Part shown: one piece after another, positions 22,930 to 33,307 of the stretch
Numbering within the stretch: the first letter of the stretch is position 1
Layout of the letters: each line of letters opens with the position of its first letter
Source of the DNA: Armatimonadota bacterium
GTDB taxonomy: Bacteria > Armatimonadota > SYMT01
DNA length: 64,000 nt
Reading direction: 5' to 3'
NCBI GenBank assembly: GCA_046292385.1
Contig: JBKBRF010000026.1
Coordinates: forward strand, 1 to 64,000
Program-made: the position numbers and the translations under genes
Notes under the pieces: generated by a model
Seen by the model: the letters and a program-made list of their open reading frames with translations, nothing else
Databases searched by the model: none
What the model was told of the DNA's origin: nothing

Positions 22930-24279
22930 ATGAGTTACGAGCCCACCGATGAAGTTCGAGTGCGCCCCCGGGGCTGGAGCCGCCGCGTGGTGGGAGGGCT
23001 CGGCTGCGCGGCCGGTCTGCTGGTGCTCGTGGTGGCGGGGCTGGCGCTCGCCGGGGGCGGTCCGGTCTCCCAGCCGGTGCGGCTCGCGAACGGAGAGACG
23101 GTGACGCTGGAGGCGGTGACCGTCGGAACGCAGCCGTATGTCTCCGGCACCCCGTGGCAGCGCGTGCTCCACGGCCTGCTTCCCGGCAGCCTGAAGCAGC
23201 GCTCCGGCGCGCGCACCTACCAGGCCAGCGATCCGCGCATGGTCACCTTCTGGGTGCGGCGCGCGAGCGTTGCTTCCCCGGGTCAGCCCGCTTCGCTGCA
23301 GGCGATGCCGTTCGACGAGCATGGCTGCACCGGCCCGCTGGTTTTCGGGCAGGGCCTCGGTGAGAGCCTGGAGCGGTACGAGCTGCGGGCGCTTCCTCGC
23401 CGCGGCGAGCGGGTGGGGCTCCGGTTCGGCCGGACCGTGGACCCGTCGCGCCCCGATAGTAAATGGGAAGTGCTGGGGGAGATCTCCACGCCCAATCCGA
23501 TCCCGCGGCCGCTGCCGGTCTGGCCGCCGACGCGCACGCCGGTCACCGGAACGGCGGACCGCCTCTCGGTGCAGATGCTGGAGCTGAAGGCGGGAGTGGA
23601 TCCGGGCGAGCTCAACCTCAACCCTGGCCCGGAGATGGTCTACTGGTCTGCGCGCTATCGCATCTTCGAAGACGGCAAGCCGACTCGCGCCTGGTCCGGC
23701 TCTCCGAGCGAGATGGAAGACGCCACCGGCAACCAGTGGTACTCCGGATCGGTGGGGTACAGCGAGGAGCCGGACGTGCGGGTCCTCCACTTCACCAACC
23801 CCCGCTGGAGGGATGAGAGCTCTCTCAAAGTAGGCTTCTCGCTCTACCGCACCCCGGAAGCGCGGTTCACGCCCGCCGAGACGTGGTCGGTGAAGCGGAT
23901 CCCGATCCCCACCGGAGACAGCGTGGTCACTCTGGGGCGCAGCGCTACAGTCAATGGCCTGCCGCTCGGGTTGGTAGCGATCTATGGCCCGCAGGCGAAG
24001 CTCCCGCAGAACCTGCCCTTCGGCGGCGGCGAGGGACAGGTCCGGCTCGTGATGCGGGGTGCCGGCGCGCCCCCTCCACTGTGCATGGAGATGGTGCGCC
24101 GCGCCACGGACAACACCGGCCGCGAGGTGCGGCTGCAGAACACCGCGATGACCAGCAACGGCCAGGAGCGGCAGATGCTTTACCGGGTGGACGCCCCCGC
24201 CGGGGCGACCCACTTCGACCTGGAGTACGTGGTCCACTACGGCAAGAAGGTCGAGATGACCGTTCCGATCACCCGCTGA
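22930..24279 (+). CDS. Hypothetical protein with N-terminal TM anchor
   Basis: 449-aa ORF, single hydrophobic N-terminal segment. Confidence 0.7.
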   Translation: MSYEPTDEVRVRPRGWSRRVVGGLGCAAGLLVLVVAGLALAGGGPVSQPVRLANGETVTLEAVTVGTQPYVSGTPWQRVLHGLLPGSLKQRSGARTYQASDPRMVTFWVRRASVASPGQPASLQAMPFDEHGCTGPLVFGQGLGESLERYELRALPRRGERVGLRFGRTVDPSRPDSKWEVLGEISTPNPIPRPLPVWPPTRTPVTGTADRLSVQMLELKAGVDPGELNLNPGPEMVYWSARYRIFEDGKPTRAWSGSPSEMEDATGNQWYSGSVGYSEEPDVRVLHFTNPRWRDESSLKVGFSLYRTPEARFTPAETWSVKRIPIPTGDSVVTLGRSATVNGLPLGLVAIYGPQAKLPQNLPFGGGEGQVRLVMRGAGAPPPLCMEMVRRATDNTGREVRLQNTAMTSNGQERQMLYRVDAPAGATHFDLEYVVHYGKKVEMTVPITR

Positions 24280-24316
24280 CGAGTGTTGAATGACGAGGGC
24301 GGGGGCCCGCCCGGCC

Positions 24317-24372
24317 GCGAGGCATTGAAATACCTCGCTGGACGGCCTGCGGCCACGCGTCCTCCGGACGCC
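24317..24372. mobile_element. Partial copy of ~145-bp REP/MITE-like repeat
   Basis: GCGAGGCATTGAAATACCTCGCTGGACGGCCTGCGGCCACGCGTCCTCCGGACGCC matches left part of 62566 copy. Confidence 0.75.
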
Positions 24373-24511
24373 TTCGGAGCCCGCCGACCGTGTGGCCTCA
24401 CAAGAGGCAGTACGTTAGAAGCGGCAGCCGGCGCGGGGAATCTGGAATCCAGAGCCTGTGCGGAACCATAATCTCTCATCCGACCGACTGCTTCTGCTCT
24501 CACGCCTACTC

Positions 24512-25774
24512 ATGCCCTTCTTACCCATCCGACTCCGTCGCCCCGGCGCCTCCCGCCTGACCGTTGCCCTGGCCGCGCTGCTCTTTGCCGCGCCGGCGGT
24601 GGCTGACTGGACGCAGTGGCGGGGTCCGCGGCGGGACGGCACGGTCGTCGACTTCCAGGCGCCCGCGCAGTGGCCGGCGGCGCTGGCGCAGCGGTGGAAG
24701 GTGGAGGTGGGCGAGGGGCACTCTTCACCGCTCCTGGTGGGCGACCGCGCCTTCCTCCACTCCCGGCAGGGAGAAGAGGAGGTGGTGCGCTGCCTCGATG
24801 CCGCCACCGGGCGGGAAATGTGGAAGCAGAGCTACCCCGCGTCGTACGAGATGCACCCGGCGGCGCGCGGTCACGGCAAGGGACCGAAGTCGACCCCGCT
24901 CTGCGCGGAGGGCCGTCTCTACACGCTGGGGATCAGCGGCATCCTCTCCTGCTTCGACGCGAAGGACGGCTCCGTCGTCTGGCGCAAGGAGTTCTCCCAG
25001 GAGTACCCGAAGACGTCGCCGCTCTACGGCACCGCCGTCTCGCCGCTGCTGGCGGACGGGCTGCTGATCGCACACGTGGGCGGGCACGACGGCGGCGCGC
25101 TGACCGCGTTCGACGCGAAGACCGGCGCCGTCCGCTGGCGCTGGGCGGAAGACGGGCCGGCCTACTCCTCCCCGCTCGTCGTGACGATCGACGGCGTGCG
25201 GCAGCTCGTGACGCAGACCCAGGGGCGGTGCGTGGGGCTGTCGCTGGCCGACGGGACGCTCCTCTGGAGCCTGTCGTTCAAGACGCCGTTCGACCAGAAC
25301 TCGATCTCCCCCGTGCAGGCGGGCGACCTCCTCGTCTTCGGCGGCACCCGCCAGCCGACCTTCGCGGTGCGCGTGCGGAAGGTGGGGGACGGGTGGCAGG
25401 TCGACCGCGCCTGGGACTCCCGGGATGCGACCTTCTACATGAGCACGCCGGTCTACCGCGACGGCAAGCTCTACGGCTTCTCCGAGCGGCAGCGCGGCCA
25501 GTTCGTCACGCTCGACGCCGCCACCGGCAGGCTGCTCTGGGAGGGCGGCGCGCGCAGCGGCGACAACGCCGCCCTCCTGCTGGCGGACGGCTACCTGCTG
25601 GGCCTCACCACCGACGCAGACCTGCTGGTCTTCCGACCGGAGGGGGAGGCCCTCACCGAGGTCGCCCGCTACGAAGTGGCGGAGAGCCCAACCTGGGCGA
25701 CCCCGGCGATCGACGGCCGCCGCATCCTGATCAAGGACCTGGACAGCCTGGTCCTCTGGGAGCTGCCGCGGTAG
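24512..25774 (+). CDS. PQQ-binding-like beta-propeller protein
   Basis: Signal peptide, DWTQWRGP, repeated LDA.TG...W blades. Confidence 0.9.
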   Translation: MPFLPIRLRRPGASRLTVALAALLFAAPAVADWTQWRGPRRDGTVVDFQAPAQWPAALAQRWKVEVGEGHSSPLLVGDRAFLHSRQGEEEVVRCLDAATGREMWKQSYPASYEMHPAARGHGKGPKSTPLCAEGRLYTLGISGILSCFDAKDGSVVWRKEFSQEYPKTSPLYGTAVSPLLADGLLIAHVGGHDGGALTAFDAKTGAVRWRWAEDGPAYSSPLVVTIDGVRQLVTQTQGRCVGLSLADGTLLWSLSFKTPFDQNSISPVQAGDLLVFGGTRQPTFAVRVRKVGDGWQVDRAWDSRDATFYMSTPVYRDGKLYGFSERQRGQFVTLDAATGRLLWEGGARSGDNAALLLADGYLLGLTTDADLLVFRPEGEALTEVARYEVAESPTWATPAIDGRRILIKDLDSLVLWELPR

Positions 25775-25790
25775 GGGAAGCGGAGCTCGA

Positions 25791-26630
25791 TCAGGCGAAG
25801 TCGTAGCCCTGGATCCCGAAGTGGTCCGCGTAAGCCTTCGCCGTCGCGGCGGTTACCAGCGCCATCGTCACCAGCACGCCCACACAGAGCGCGGCGACGC
25901 CGATGGAGATGATCATCTGGTAGAGGAACGCCGTCAGGATGAACATCAGCGGGTTGCGGCGCACCACCTCCCACGACGCGGAAATGGCTTCCGCAGGGTT
26001 GGCGTTGCGCGCGGCGATGTGCGGGAACGAGAAGAACAGGATCCCGCCGATGATGCTGTTGACGACGAACTGGATGCCGTTCGAGAGGAGATTGAGCCCC
26101 ATCACCGCGCCGAAGTTGTCCCCGACCGTCGCCTGGGCGCCCATCAGCGGGAGGGTGAGCGCGAGGCTGACCGCCATCTGCACGCCGAAGATCAGCAGCC
26201 CGAGCAGGAACGCGTTCAGGAAGCGGCGGAAGCCGTCGAACATGTTGCCGACTTCGACCACCCCGTACTGCATCTTGCGGAACGCCATCATGTACATCCC
26301 GCAGAGCAGCGGCGGCAGGCAGACGTAGCAGCTCAAGCCGGACAGCAGGAAGAGAAGCAGCGAGGCGACGCACCAGGTGATCAGGTCCTTCTCAATGATC
26401 TGCCAGCCCGCCGTGAGCCAGCCGCCCACGTCGACCGTTCCGGTGCCCGCCAGCGGCGCGCCGCCGCCCATCGCCGTGGCGCCTTCCATCTCCGCCAGCT
26501 TGCGGTCGCGGCAGGGTCCGCAGTAGCGCTGTCCCAGGAACTCCACCAGACAGGCATCACAGAACGGGCCGCCGCAGCTCGGGCACCGCTGCTCCGTCTC
26601 GACGACCGGGTGGTTTACGCAGTAGGCCAT
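25791..26630 (-). CDS. B-box-type zinc finger fused to multi-pass membrane domain
   Basis: CVNHP...CPSC...CDAC...CGPC then ~5 TM segments. Confidence 0.8.
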   Translation of the reverse strand: MAYCVNHPVVETEQRCPSCGGPFCDACLVEFLGQRYCGPCRDRKLAEMEGATAMGGGAPLAGTGTVDVGGWLTAGWQIIEKDLITWCVASLLLFLLSGLSCYVCLPPLLCGMYMMAFRKMQYGVVEVGNMFDGFRRFLNAFLLGLLIFGVQMAVSLALTLPLMGAQATVGDNFGAVMGLNLLSNGIQFVVNSIIGGILFFSFPHIAARNANPAEAISASWEVVRRNPLMFILTAFLYQMIISIGVAALCVGVLVTMALVTAATAKAYADHFGIQGYDFA

Positions 26631-26737
26631 CCGTCTCTCCCAGGCGGCAAAAACGCCGCGCCGCCCCACGGTTCTCCATGGAACGGCGCGGTTCCTCGGG
26701 AGTTGCGCCGGCACCTCTGCGTTGGCCGCGTCGGACG

Positions 26738-27316
26738 CTATGCCGCCAGCTTGCGGAGCACGGCTGCGAGCTCCGTCCCGAGCTTCCCGATCGAGGCCTG
26801 CTGCCGCTCCTCGCGGAGCTGCCCTTCCTCATCGAACGCCTCGTGCGCCCTGGGGACGGCGACCTGGCCCGGCAGCACCAGCACCCCGATGTTCTCCAGG
26901 ATCGCCCGCACGTGCACCAGCCCGCGCAGGCCGCCGAGGGCCCCCGGGGAGGCGCTCATCAGCGCGGCGACCTTACCCTGATACGCCGCCAGCGCCGGCT
27001 CGTCCGGCTCCGGGCGGGAAACCCAGTCGAGCGTGTTCTTCAGGGCGGCGGTGATCGAGCTGTTGTACTCCGGAGCCGAGATCAGCAGGCCGTCATGCGC
27101 TTTGAACAGCGCCTTCAGCCGCCGCGCGTTCTCCGGCAGCCCTTCCGCCTCTTCCAGGTCGCCGTCGTAGATCGGCAGCGGGTACTCGCGCAGGTCGAGG
27201 TAGGTCACCTCGGCGCCTGCCTCCCGTGCCGCCCGCGCGGCGATCCGGACCAGCGTCTTGTTGTACGAGCCGGCGCGCAGGCTGCCGGCGAAAGCGAGGA
27301 TTCGGGGGGTTTTCAC
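26738..27316 (-). CDS. NADPH-dependent FMN reductase
   Basis: GSLRAGSYN, PEYN, LKNTLDW.SR, SPGALGG. Confidence 0.93.
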   Translation of the reverse strand: MKTPRILAFAGSLRAGSYNKTLVRIAARAAREAGAEVTYLDLREYPLPIYDGDLEEAEGLPENARRLKALFKAHDGLLISAPEYNSSITAALKNTLDWVSRPEPDEPALAAYQGKVAALMSASPGALGGLRGLVHVRAILENIGVLVLPGQVAVPRAHEAFDEEGQLREERQQASIGKLGTELAAVLRKLAA

Positions 27317-27397
27317 GGTCGTCTCTCCAGGGGTGTTCGTTGACTTGACTTACGCGGGTGAGGAGAGGGAGGCGGGCTCCCTCTCCGGTTTGCGGAC

Positions 27398-28093
27398 TTA
27401 GGCGAGGTCGAAGAGCAGCACTTCGGCGTCGTCCACCGCGAGCAGGCGCAGCTCCGTCTCCGCCTCCACCACGCCCGCGTCTCCGGCCGCCAGCGGCGTG
27501 CCGTTCAGCTCCGCCGTGCCGCGGGCCACGTGGACCCACGCCCGGCGGCCCGGGGCCAGCGAGTGACTCGCCTCCTGTCCGGCGCGCAGCCGGCCCTGGT
27601 AGACCGAGGCGTCCTGGTGGATCACCAGCGAGTTGTCCCGGCCGTCCGGCGACACGATCAGGCGCAGGCGCCCCTCCAGCTCCTCTCCGAAGCTCTTCTC
27701 CCGGTACTCCGGCTGCAGCCCCGCGCGCTCCGGCAGAAGCCAGACCTGCAGCAGGTGCAGCGGCTCCTCGGCGGAGGGGTTGAACTCGCTGTGCAGGATG
27801 CCGCGTCCCGCCGTCATGAGCTGCACGTCGCCCGGCCGGATGACCGACCCGCTGCCGAGGCTGTCCCGGTGCTCCACGGCACCGTCCAGCACCACCGTCA
27901 GGATCTCCATGTCCCGGTGCGGGTGCATCCCGAAGCCGCCGCCCGGGGCGATCCGGTCGTCGTTCAGCACTCGCAGGCTGGAGAACCCCATCTGCTCCGG
28001 ATCGAAGTACTCCGCGAACGAGAACGAATGGCGGCTGTCGAGCCACCCGGTCCGCGTCACGCCCCGCTCTTCCGCGCGTCTCACTCGGATCAT
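27398..28093 (-). CDS. Pirin family protein (YhhW-like)
   Basis: HSFSF, LRVLNDD, HPHRDME, MTAG.GI.HSE. Confidence 0.93.
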   Translation of the reverse strand: MIRVRRAEERGVTRTGWLDSRHSFSFAEYFDPEQMGFSSLRVLNDDRIAPGGGFGMHPHRDMEILTVVLDGAVEHRDSLGSGSVIRPGDVQLMTAGRGILHSEFNPSAEEPLHLLQVWLLPERAGLQPEYREKSFGEELEGRLRLIVSPDGRDNSLVIHQDASVYQGRLRAGQEASHSLAPGRRAWVHVARGTAELNGTPLAAGDAGVVEAETELRLLAVDDAEVLLFDLA

Positions 28094-28157
28094 CGCTTCC
28101 TCCGTTAGATGTTCTTTCACTTAATGTCGAACTAATGGGGCTGAAGAAAGGCGCCTC

Positions 28158-28607
28158 TTACGGCGCCCCGAGCCCCAGCTTCTTGCAGAGCCGGCCCAGC
28201 TCCGCCAGCTCTTCCGGCTCCAGCACCGACATCCGCGCCGCAATCGCCGCGGCGTGCTCCGGAAAGAGCCGCTCGATCAACTCCCGTCCCGTGTCGGTGA
28301 GGTGGACCGTGATGTACCGCCGGTCTTCCGCGCTCCGCTCCCGCCGCACCAGCCCCCGCTTCTCCAGGTTGTCCACCACCATGGTGACGTTGCCGGTGCT
28401 CTTCAGCAGCTTCTCGCCCAGGTCCCGCTGGCACATCGAGCCGCGGTGCAGGAGCGCCTCCAGCGCCCCGAACTGGCTCCAGGTGAGCCCGGCCGCCACG
28501 ATCCGGCTGTTCAGCCCGCTGGTGACCGCCTCCGTAGCCCGGAGCAGCTTGATGTAGCTGTCCAGCGCGGCTCGTACTGCTTCCCCGCCCTGGTAGTGAG
28601 TCCCCAT
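28158..28607 (-). CDS. MarR family transcriptional regulator
   Basis: LT.SQFGALEAL, GNVTMVVDNLEKRGLV, DRR. Confidence 0.93.
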   Translation of the reverse strand: MGTHYQGGEAVRAALDSYIKLLRATEAVTSGLNSRIVAAGLTWSQFGALEALLHRGSMCQRDLGEKLLKSTGNVTMVVDNLEKRGLVRRERSAEDRRYITVHLTDTGRELIERLFPEHAAAIAARMSVLEPEELAELGRLCKKLGLGAP

Positions 28608-28636
28608 AACCGCTCCAGTCTAAATAGTTCAACGTT

Positions 28637-28665
28637 AATTTACCACCTCCCGGCGCACGTGTCAA
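28637..28665 (-). promoter_or_regulatory. Sigma70 promoter of marR-pirin-reductase operon
   Basis: TTGACA-N17-TAAATT. Confidence 0.75.
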
Positions 28666-28703
28666 CCCCTGGCGAAGATCGATCGGAGGCCGAGGCGGGA
28701 GGA

Positions 28704-29050
28704 CGTATTCCGTATCGCGTATTGCGTAAGTGCGGCGGGTTCCGCTCGGCGGAGACGGACTGCCGAGCGGGAGGCTGGTGGTGCGGTGGCGCAGAGCTTG
28801 CGCCGCCCGGCGCGGCGGGCCGTGAACGACCCGCCTGTTGTGGACGCTGAAGCGCCCTGGGCCTCCGCAATGGCTCTCGTGAGACCAGGGCGCTTCAGCG
28901 TCCTTCCCTGCAGACAGGGTGCTCCTTCAGAGGCACCCGTCCGCCAGACGCATCTGCGCAGACGAAACCGTGTCAAAGCGTTCCGCCCGGCAGTGGCTTC
29001 GCGCAGAGCGCTGCCAGCCCGCCGCTACGCAATACGGAATACGAAATACG
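28704..29050. repeat. Palindromic element with (CGTATTS)n arms and internal REP-like inverted repeat
   Basis: CGTATTCCGTATCGCGTATTGCGTA / TACGCAATACGGAATACGAAATACG; internal perfect 19-bp IR 28842-28860 / 28885-28903. Confidence 0.75.
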
Positions 29051-30253
29051 TCACCCTCTCGCCCGGCGGCTGGGGAGCCATCGCCGGCGCGGAGCGGGGG
29101 ATTCCGCCTGCGTCTCGGTCTCCAGGTGGAGCTCTTCCAGCGCGCGGGTGGGGCCGCCGCCGGGGCCGCGAAGGTTTCCGAGGACCGCAGTGCGGACCAT
29201 CAACAGCTCGCCGACGTTCTCCATCGTGAGCAGGCCGACCAGCCGCCCGTCCCGGACCACCGGGATCGACTGCGCCTCTTGCTCCCGCATCTGCTGGAAG
29301 GTGTCTTCCAGCCACTGGTCCGGGTGCACCGGTGCCGGCGCCGGCTTCATCGCTTCGAAGATCCGTCCTTCCGGTCCCAGCTTCTCCAGCGCCTCGATCA
29401 GCGCGCTGCGGGTCAGGATCCCCACCACGGCGCCCTCCTCGTCGACCACCGGGTAGTCGTGCTGGGCGCCGGCGAGGAGGCGGTCGACCGCCACCGCCAG
29501 CGGAGATTGCGGCGAGAGCGTGCCGAACTGGGTCATCATCGCGCCGGAGACCGGCACCCCGCGGAACGCCAGCTCCGCCTGCACCGTCGCCGCCTCCTGC
29601 CCCGCCCCCATGTAAACGAAGAAGGCGATGAAGAGCAGCATCGGGTTGCCCATCAGCCCCAGAAACCCGAAGAGGAACGCCATTGCCTGCCCCACGGTCG
29701 CCGCGGCGTTGGTCGCCCGCTCGTACGGCATCCGGGTCGCCAGCAGCGCGCGGAGCACGCGGCCGCCGTCCATCGGGAAGGCCGGGAGCAGGTTGAAGAG
29801 CGCCAGGAACAGGTTCACCCAGAGCAGCCGCGCGAAGAGGTTGCCCTCCAGCGAGAGCATCACTTCCCAGCCGCGCATCGTCCCGGTGAGCGAGAGCAGC
29901 ACCCAGAGCACCGCCGCGATCACCACGTTCACGGCCGGGCCGGCGAGCGCGATCGTCAACTCCTGGGAGGGCTCCCGCGGGATCCGCTCCAACCGGGCGA
30001 TCCCGCCGATCGGGTAGAGCGTGATGTCGCGCGTGTCGATCCCGTACCGCTGCGCCGTCAGCGCGTGTCCGAACTCGTGGAGCACCACGCAGGCGAAGAG
30101 CATCAGGATAAAGACGACGCCCAGGAGCGCCACGCCCCACCCGTGCCCCTGCAGCAAGTGGATCGCCAGGATCCACCCTACGATCAGCAAGAAGGTCGCG
30201 TGTATGTAGACCGCGATCCCGCGGTAGCTTCCGATCTTCCAGGACCAGCTCAT
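29051..30253 (-). CDS. Site-2 (M50) protease with CBS domains
   Basis: HEFGH, AGP, FNLLPAFPMDGGR, C-terminal CBS pair. Confidence 0.93.
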   Translation of the reverse strand: MSWSWKIGSYRGIAVYIHATFLLIVGWILAIHLLQGHGWGVALLGVVFILMLFACVVLHEFGHALTAQRYGIDTRDITLYPIGGIARLERIPREPSQELTIALAGPAVNVVIAAVLWVLLSLTGTMRGWEVMLSLEGNLFARLLWVNLFLALFNLLPAFPMDGGRVLRALLATRMPYERATNAAATVGQAMAFLFGFLGLMGNPMLLFIAFFVYMGAGQEAATVQAELAFRGVPVSGAMMTQFGTLSPQSPLAVAVDRLLAGAQHDYPVVDEEGAVVGILTRSALIEALEKLGPEGRIFEAMKPAPAPVHPDQWLEDTFQQMREQEAQSIPVVRDGRLVGLLTMENVGELLMVRTAVLGNLRGPGGGPTRALEELHLETETQAESPAPRRRWLPSRRARG

Positions 30254-30454
30254 GCTAAGCCTCGATTCTCCCGCTCCCCGGGCAGCCGCGCGGCTCTCTG
30301 TGCCTCCGGGGAGCCGCTCAGGCTCACTATACCCGGGTAAGGGGGTACGCCCTTCACGAACAAGAGGGGAGAGGGAAGACTCCCCGGTGGGGTGCTCGGC
30401 CTACCGAGGAGCAGCTCTTTCTTCTTTCATCTTCCTTCTCCCCGCTTGTCCCGC

Positions 30455-30483
30455 TTGACGGAGGGAAGAGGGAGCGCTATAGT
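30455..30483 (+). promoter_or_regulatory. Sigma70 promoter of trp operon
   Basis: TTGACG-N17-TATAGT. Confidence 0.8.
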
Positions 30484-30501
30484 GGGCTGCGGAAGCGAAC
30501 C

Positions 30502-30555
30502 ATGCGAGTGGAACAACTCCAACCGCAAAATGGCTGGTGGTGGCGGCAGAACTGA
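30502..30555 (+). CDS. trpL: trp operon leader peptide MRVEQLQPQNGWWWRQN
   Basis: Three consecutive TGG codons between promoter and terminators upstream of trpE. Confidence 0.88.
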   Translation: MRVEQLQPQNGWWWRQN

Positions 30556-30593
30556 TCTCTGTCCGCTGCCGTTGACGTTTCCGACAACTTTCA

Positions 30594-30662
30594 GGCCGTG
30601 GGCAGAGCGCCCCGGCCCTTTTGCATGGGCAAGGCCGAGGGCGAGTGACGCCCCGGCCTTTT
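30594..30662 (+). terminator. Tandem attenuator terminator hairpins
   Basis: GGCCGTGGGC..GCCCCGGCC-CTTTT and AAGGCCGAGGGCG..CGCCCCGGCCTT-TT. Confidence 0.75.
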
Positions 30663-30909
30663 CGTGTTCTTGAAGGCGGAGCTTCAGAAGGATGAAGGAT
30701 GAGGGATGAGGGATGAATTCCGAACCCCTGGCACGCGAGAGCTGCTCGCGTGGCGAGACGGGTGCCGGTTCGGTCTGCCTCTTGAGTAAGAGTATGAGAA
30801 CGAGTAAGAGTAGGAGTCTAGGTTCGGAAGGTTCCCATCCCCACATCTCCGTTCCCCATCCCCACATCCCCTTTTCTTACACTTCAGCGATGGTCTCGCG
30901 GGAGAGACG

Positions 30910-32397
30910 ATGATGCATACGCCGAGCCTGGAACAGTTCTTAACCCGCTGCGAGCAGGGGAACCTGGTGCCGGTCTACCGGGAGATCCTGGCGGACCTGG
31001 AGACCCCGGTCAGCGCCTTTCTCAAGATCGGCGGCGGTGCCAACTCCTTCTTGCTGGAGAGCGTGGCGGGCGGCGAGCAGATCGGCCGCTACTCGTTCAT
31101 CGCCGGCGACCCGTCCATGGTGGTGAAGACGAAGGGGCGCGAGGTGGAGATCCGCCGGGAGGGGCGGACGGAGACCCGCACCCTGGCCGACGGGGAGGAC
31201 CCGCTCCACCTGCTGAAGGAGCTGATGCGCGGCTTCCGGTTCGTGGCGGATCCGGAGCTGCCGCCGTTCTGTGGGGGAGCGGTCGGCTTTCTCTCCTACG
31301 ACACGGTCCGCTTCTTCGAGCGGCTGCCGGACCTGACGCCGGACGACCGCGGCCTGCCGGACACCTACTTCGTCTTTACCGACACGCTGCTGATCTTCGA
31401 CCACGTGAAGCACCGGATCAAGGTGCTCTGCCTGGCCCGCGTGGGGAGCGACCCCCGCGCCGCCTACGCGGAGGCGGTGGAGAAGATCGAGCGGCTGGTG
31501 GCGCAGCTCAAGCAGCCGCTGCCCCACCCGGAGACGGAGCCCGTGCCGCGGGAGGAGCCGCTGGAGGTGACTTCGATCCCCTCGCGGGAGGAGCACGAGG
31601 CGGCGGTCCTGCGCGCCAAGGAGTACATTGCCGCGGGCGACATCATCCAGGTGGTGCTCTCCCGGCGCATGGAGGCGAAGGTCCGCGCCACTCCGTTCGA
31701 GGTCTACCGGGCGCTCCGCTCGGTCAACCCGTCGCCCTACATGTTCTTCCTGCAGTTCGAGGACTGCCAGCTCATCGGCGCCTCGCCGGAGACGCTGGTG
31801 ACGGAGCGGGAGGGCAGCGTGGTGACCCGGCCGATCGCCGGCACCATCCGCCGGGGTAAGACTCTCGCGGAAGACGCGGAGCTGGAGGCGGAGCTGCTCG
31901 CCAACCCGAAGGAGCGCGCGGAGCATATCATGCTGGTCGACCTCCACCGCAACGACATCGGCCGCGTCTGCGAGTACGGCTCGGTGCACGTCGACCAGTT
32001 GATGGTGACGGAGAAGTACTCGCACGTGATCCACATCGTCTCCAACGTGGTGGGGCGGCTCCGGCCGGAAAAGGACGCCTACGACCTGATCCGCGCCGCT
32101 TTCCCGGCGGGCACGCTCTCCGGCGCGCCGAAGATCCGGGCGATGCAGATCATCGAGGAGCTGGAGCCGGTGAAGCGCGGCCCGTACGGCGGCGTGATCG
32201 GCTACTTCAGCTACAACGGGAACATGGATACCGCCATCACGCTGCGCACCATCGTGATGCAGAACGGCACCGCGTATATCCAGGCGGGCGGCGGCATCGT
32301 GGCGGACAGCGATCCCGAAGCGGAGTACCAGGAGACGGTCAACAAGGCGGGGGCGCTGCTGCGGGCGGTCGAGCTCGCGGAGCGGGGCCTGGAGTAG
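30910..32397 (+). CDS. trpE: Anthranilate synthase component I
   Basis: LLES, NPSPYM, PIAGT, KERAEHIMLVDL, PAGTLSGAPK. Confidence 0.96.
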   Translation: MMHTPSLEQFLTRCEQGNLVPVYREILADLETPVSAFLKIGGGANSFLLESVAGGEQIGRYSFIAGDPSMVVKTKGREVEIRREGRTETRTLADGEDPLHLLKELMRGFRFVADPELPPFCGGAVGFLSYDTVRFFERLPDLTPDDRGLPDTYFVFTDTLLIFDHVKHRIKVLCLARVGSDPRAAYAEAVEKIERLVAQLKQPLPHPETEPVPREEPLEVTSIPSREEHEAAVLRAKEYIAAGDIIQVVLSRRMEAKVRATPFEVYRALRSVNPSPYMFFLQFEDCQLIGASPETLVTEREGSVVTRPIAGTIRRGKTLAEDAELEAELLANPKERAEHIMLVDLHRNDIGRVCEYGSVHVDQLMVTEKYSHVIHIVSNVVGRLRPEKDAYDLIRAAFPAGTLSGAPKIRAMQIIEELEPVKRGPYGGVIGYFSYNGNMDTAITLRTIVMQNGTAYIQAGGGIVADSDPEAEYQETVNKAGALLRAVELAERGLE

Positions 32398-32412
32398 CAG
32401 GGAGCAATCGCG

Positions 32413-32991
<579 letters not shown>

Positions 32992-33050
32992 GGCGGGTGG
33001 CTCAGGGGCGGATCGATGTCATCGCTGGGTTGGCCGGACCCCGCGAATTC

Positions 33051-33209
33051 GTCATTCTGAACGCAGTGAAGAATCTCGGCAGCCGTCCTGGCTCGAATTA
33101 CGCATCCGCGTGACGAGGAGTCGGCCGGGCGGGGCGCTCCCGAACGTGGGGGCTGACCGTGTTCCCGGAGAGCCGAGTAACGGAGATCCTTCACTCCGTT
33201 CAGGATGAC
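33051..33209. repeat. REP-like inverted repeat element inside trp operon
   Basis: GTCATTCTGAACGCAGTGAAGAATCTC / GAGATCCTTCACTCCGTTCAGGATGAC, 27-bp imperfect IR. Confidence 0.85.
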
Positions 33210-33307
33210 TGGGGTTGGGAACGGGCGCTGCCGCATTCGTCACGGGCTTCGGACGGGATCGCCTGTCAGGTGCCGGAGCTAGAGTGCAGGTCAGGAGGTG
33301 AGCAGAC

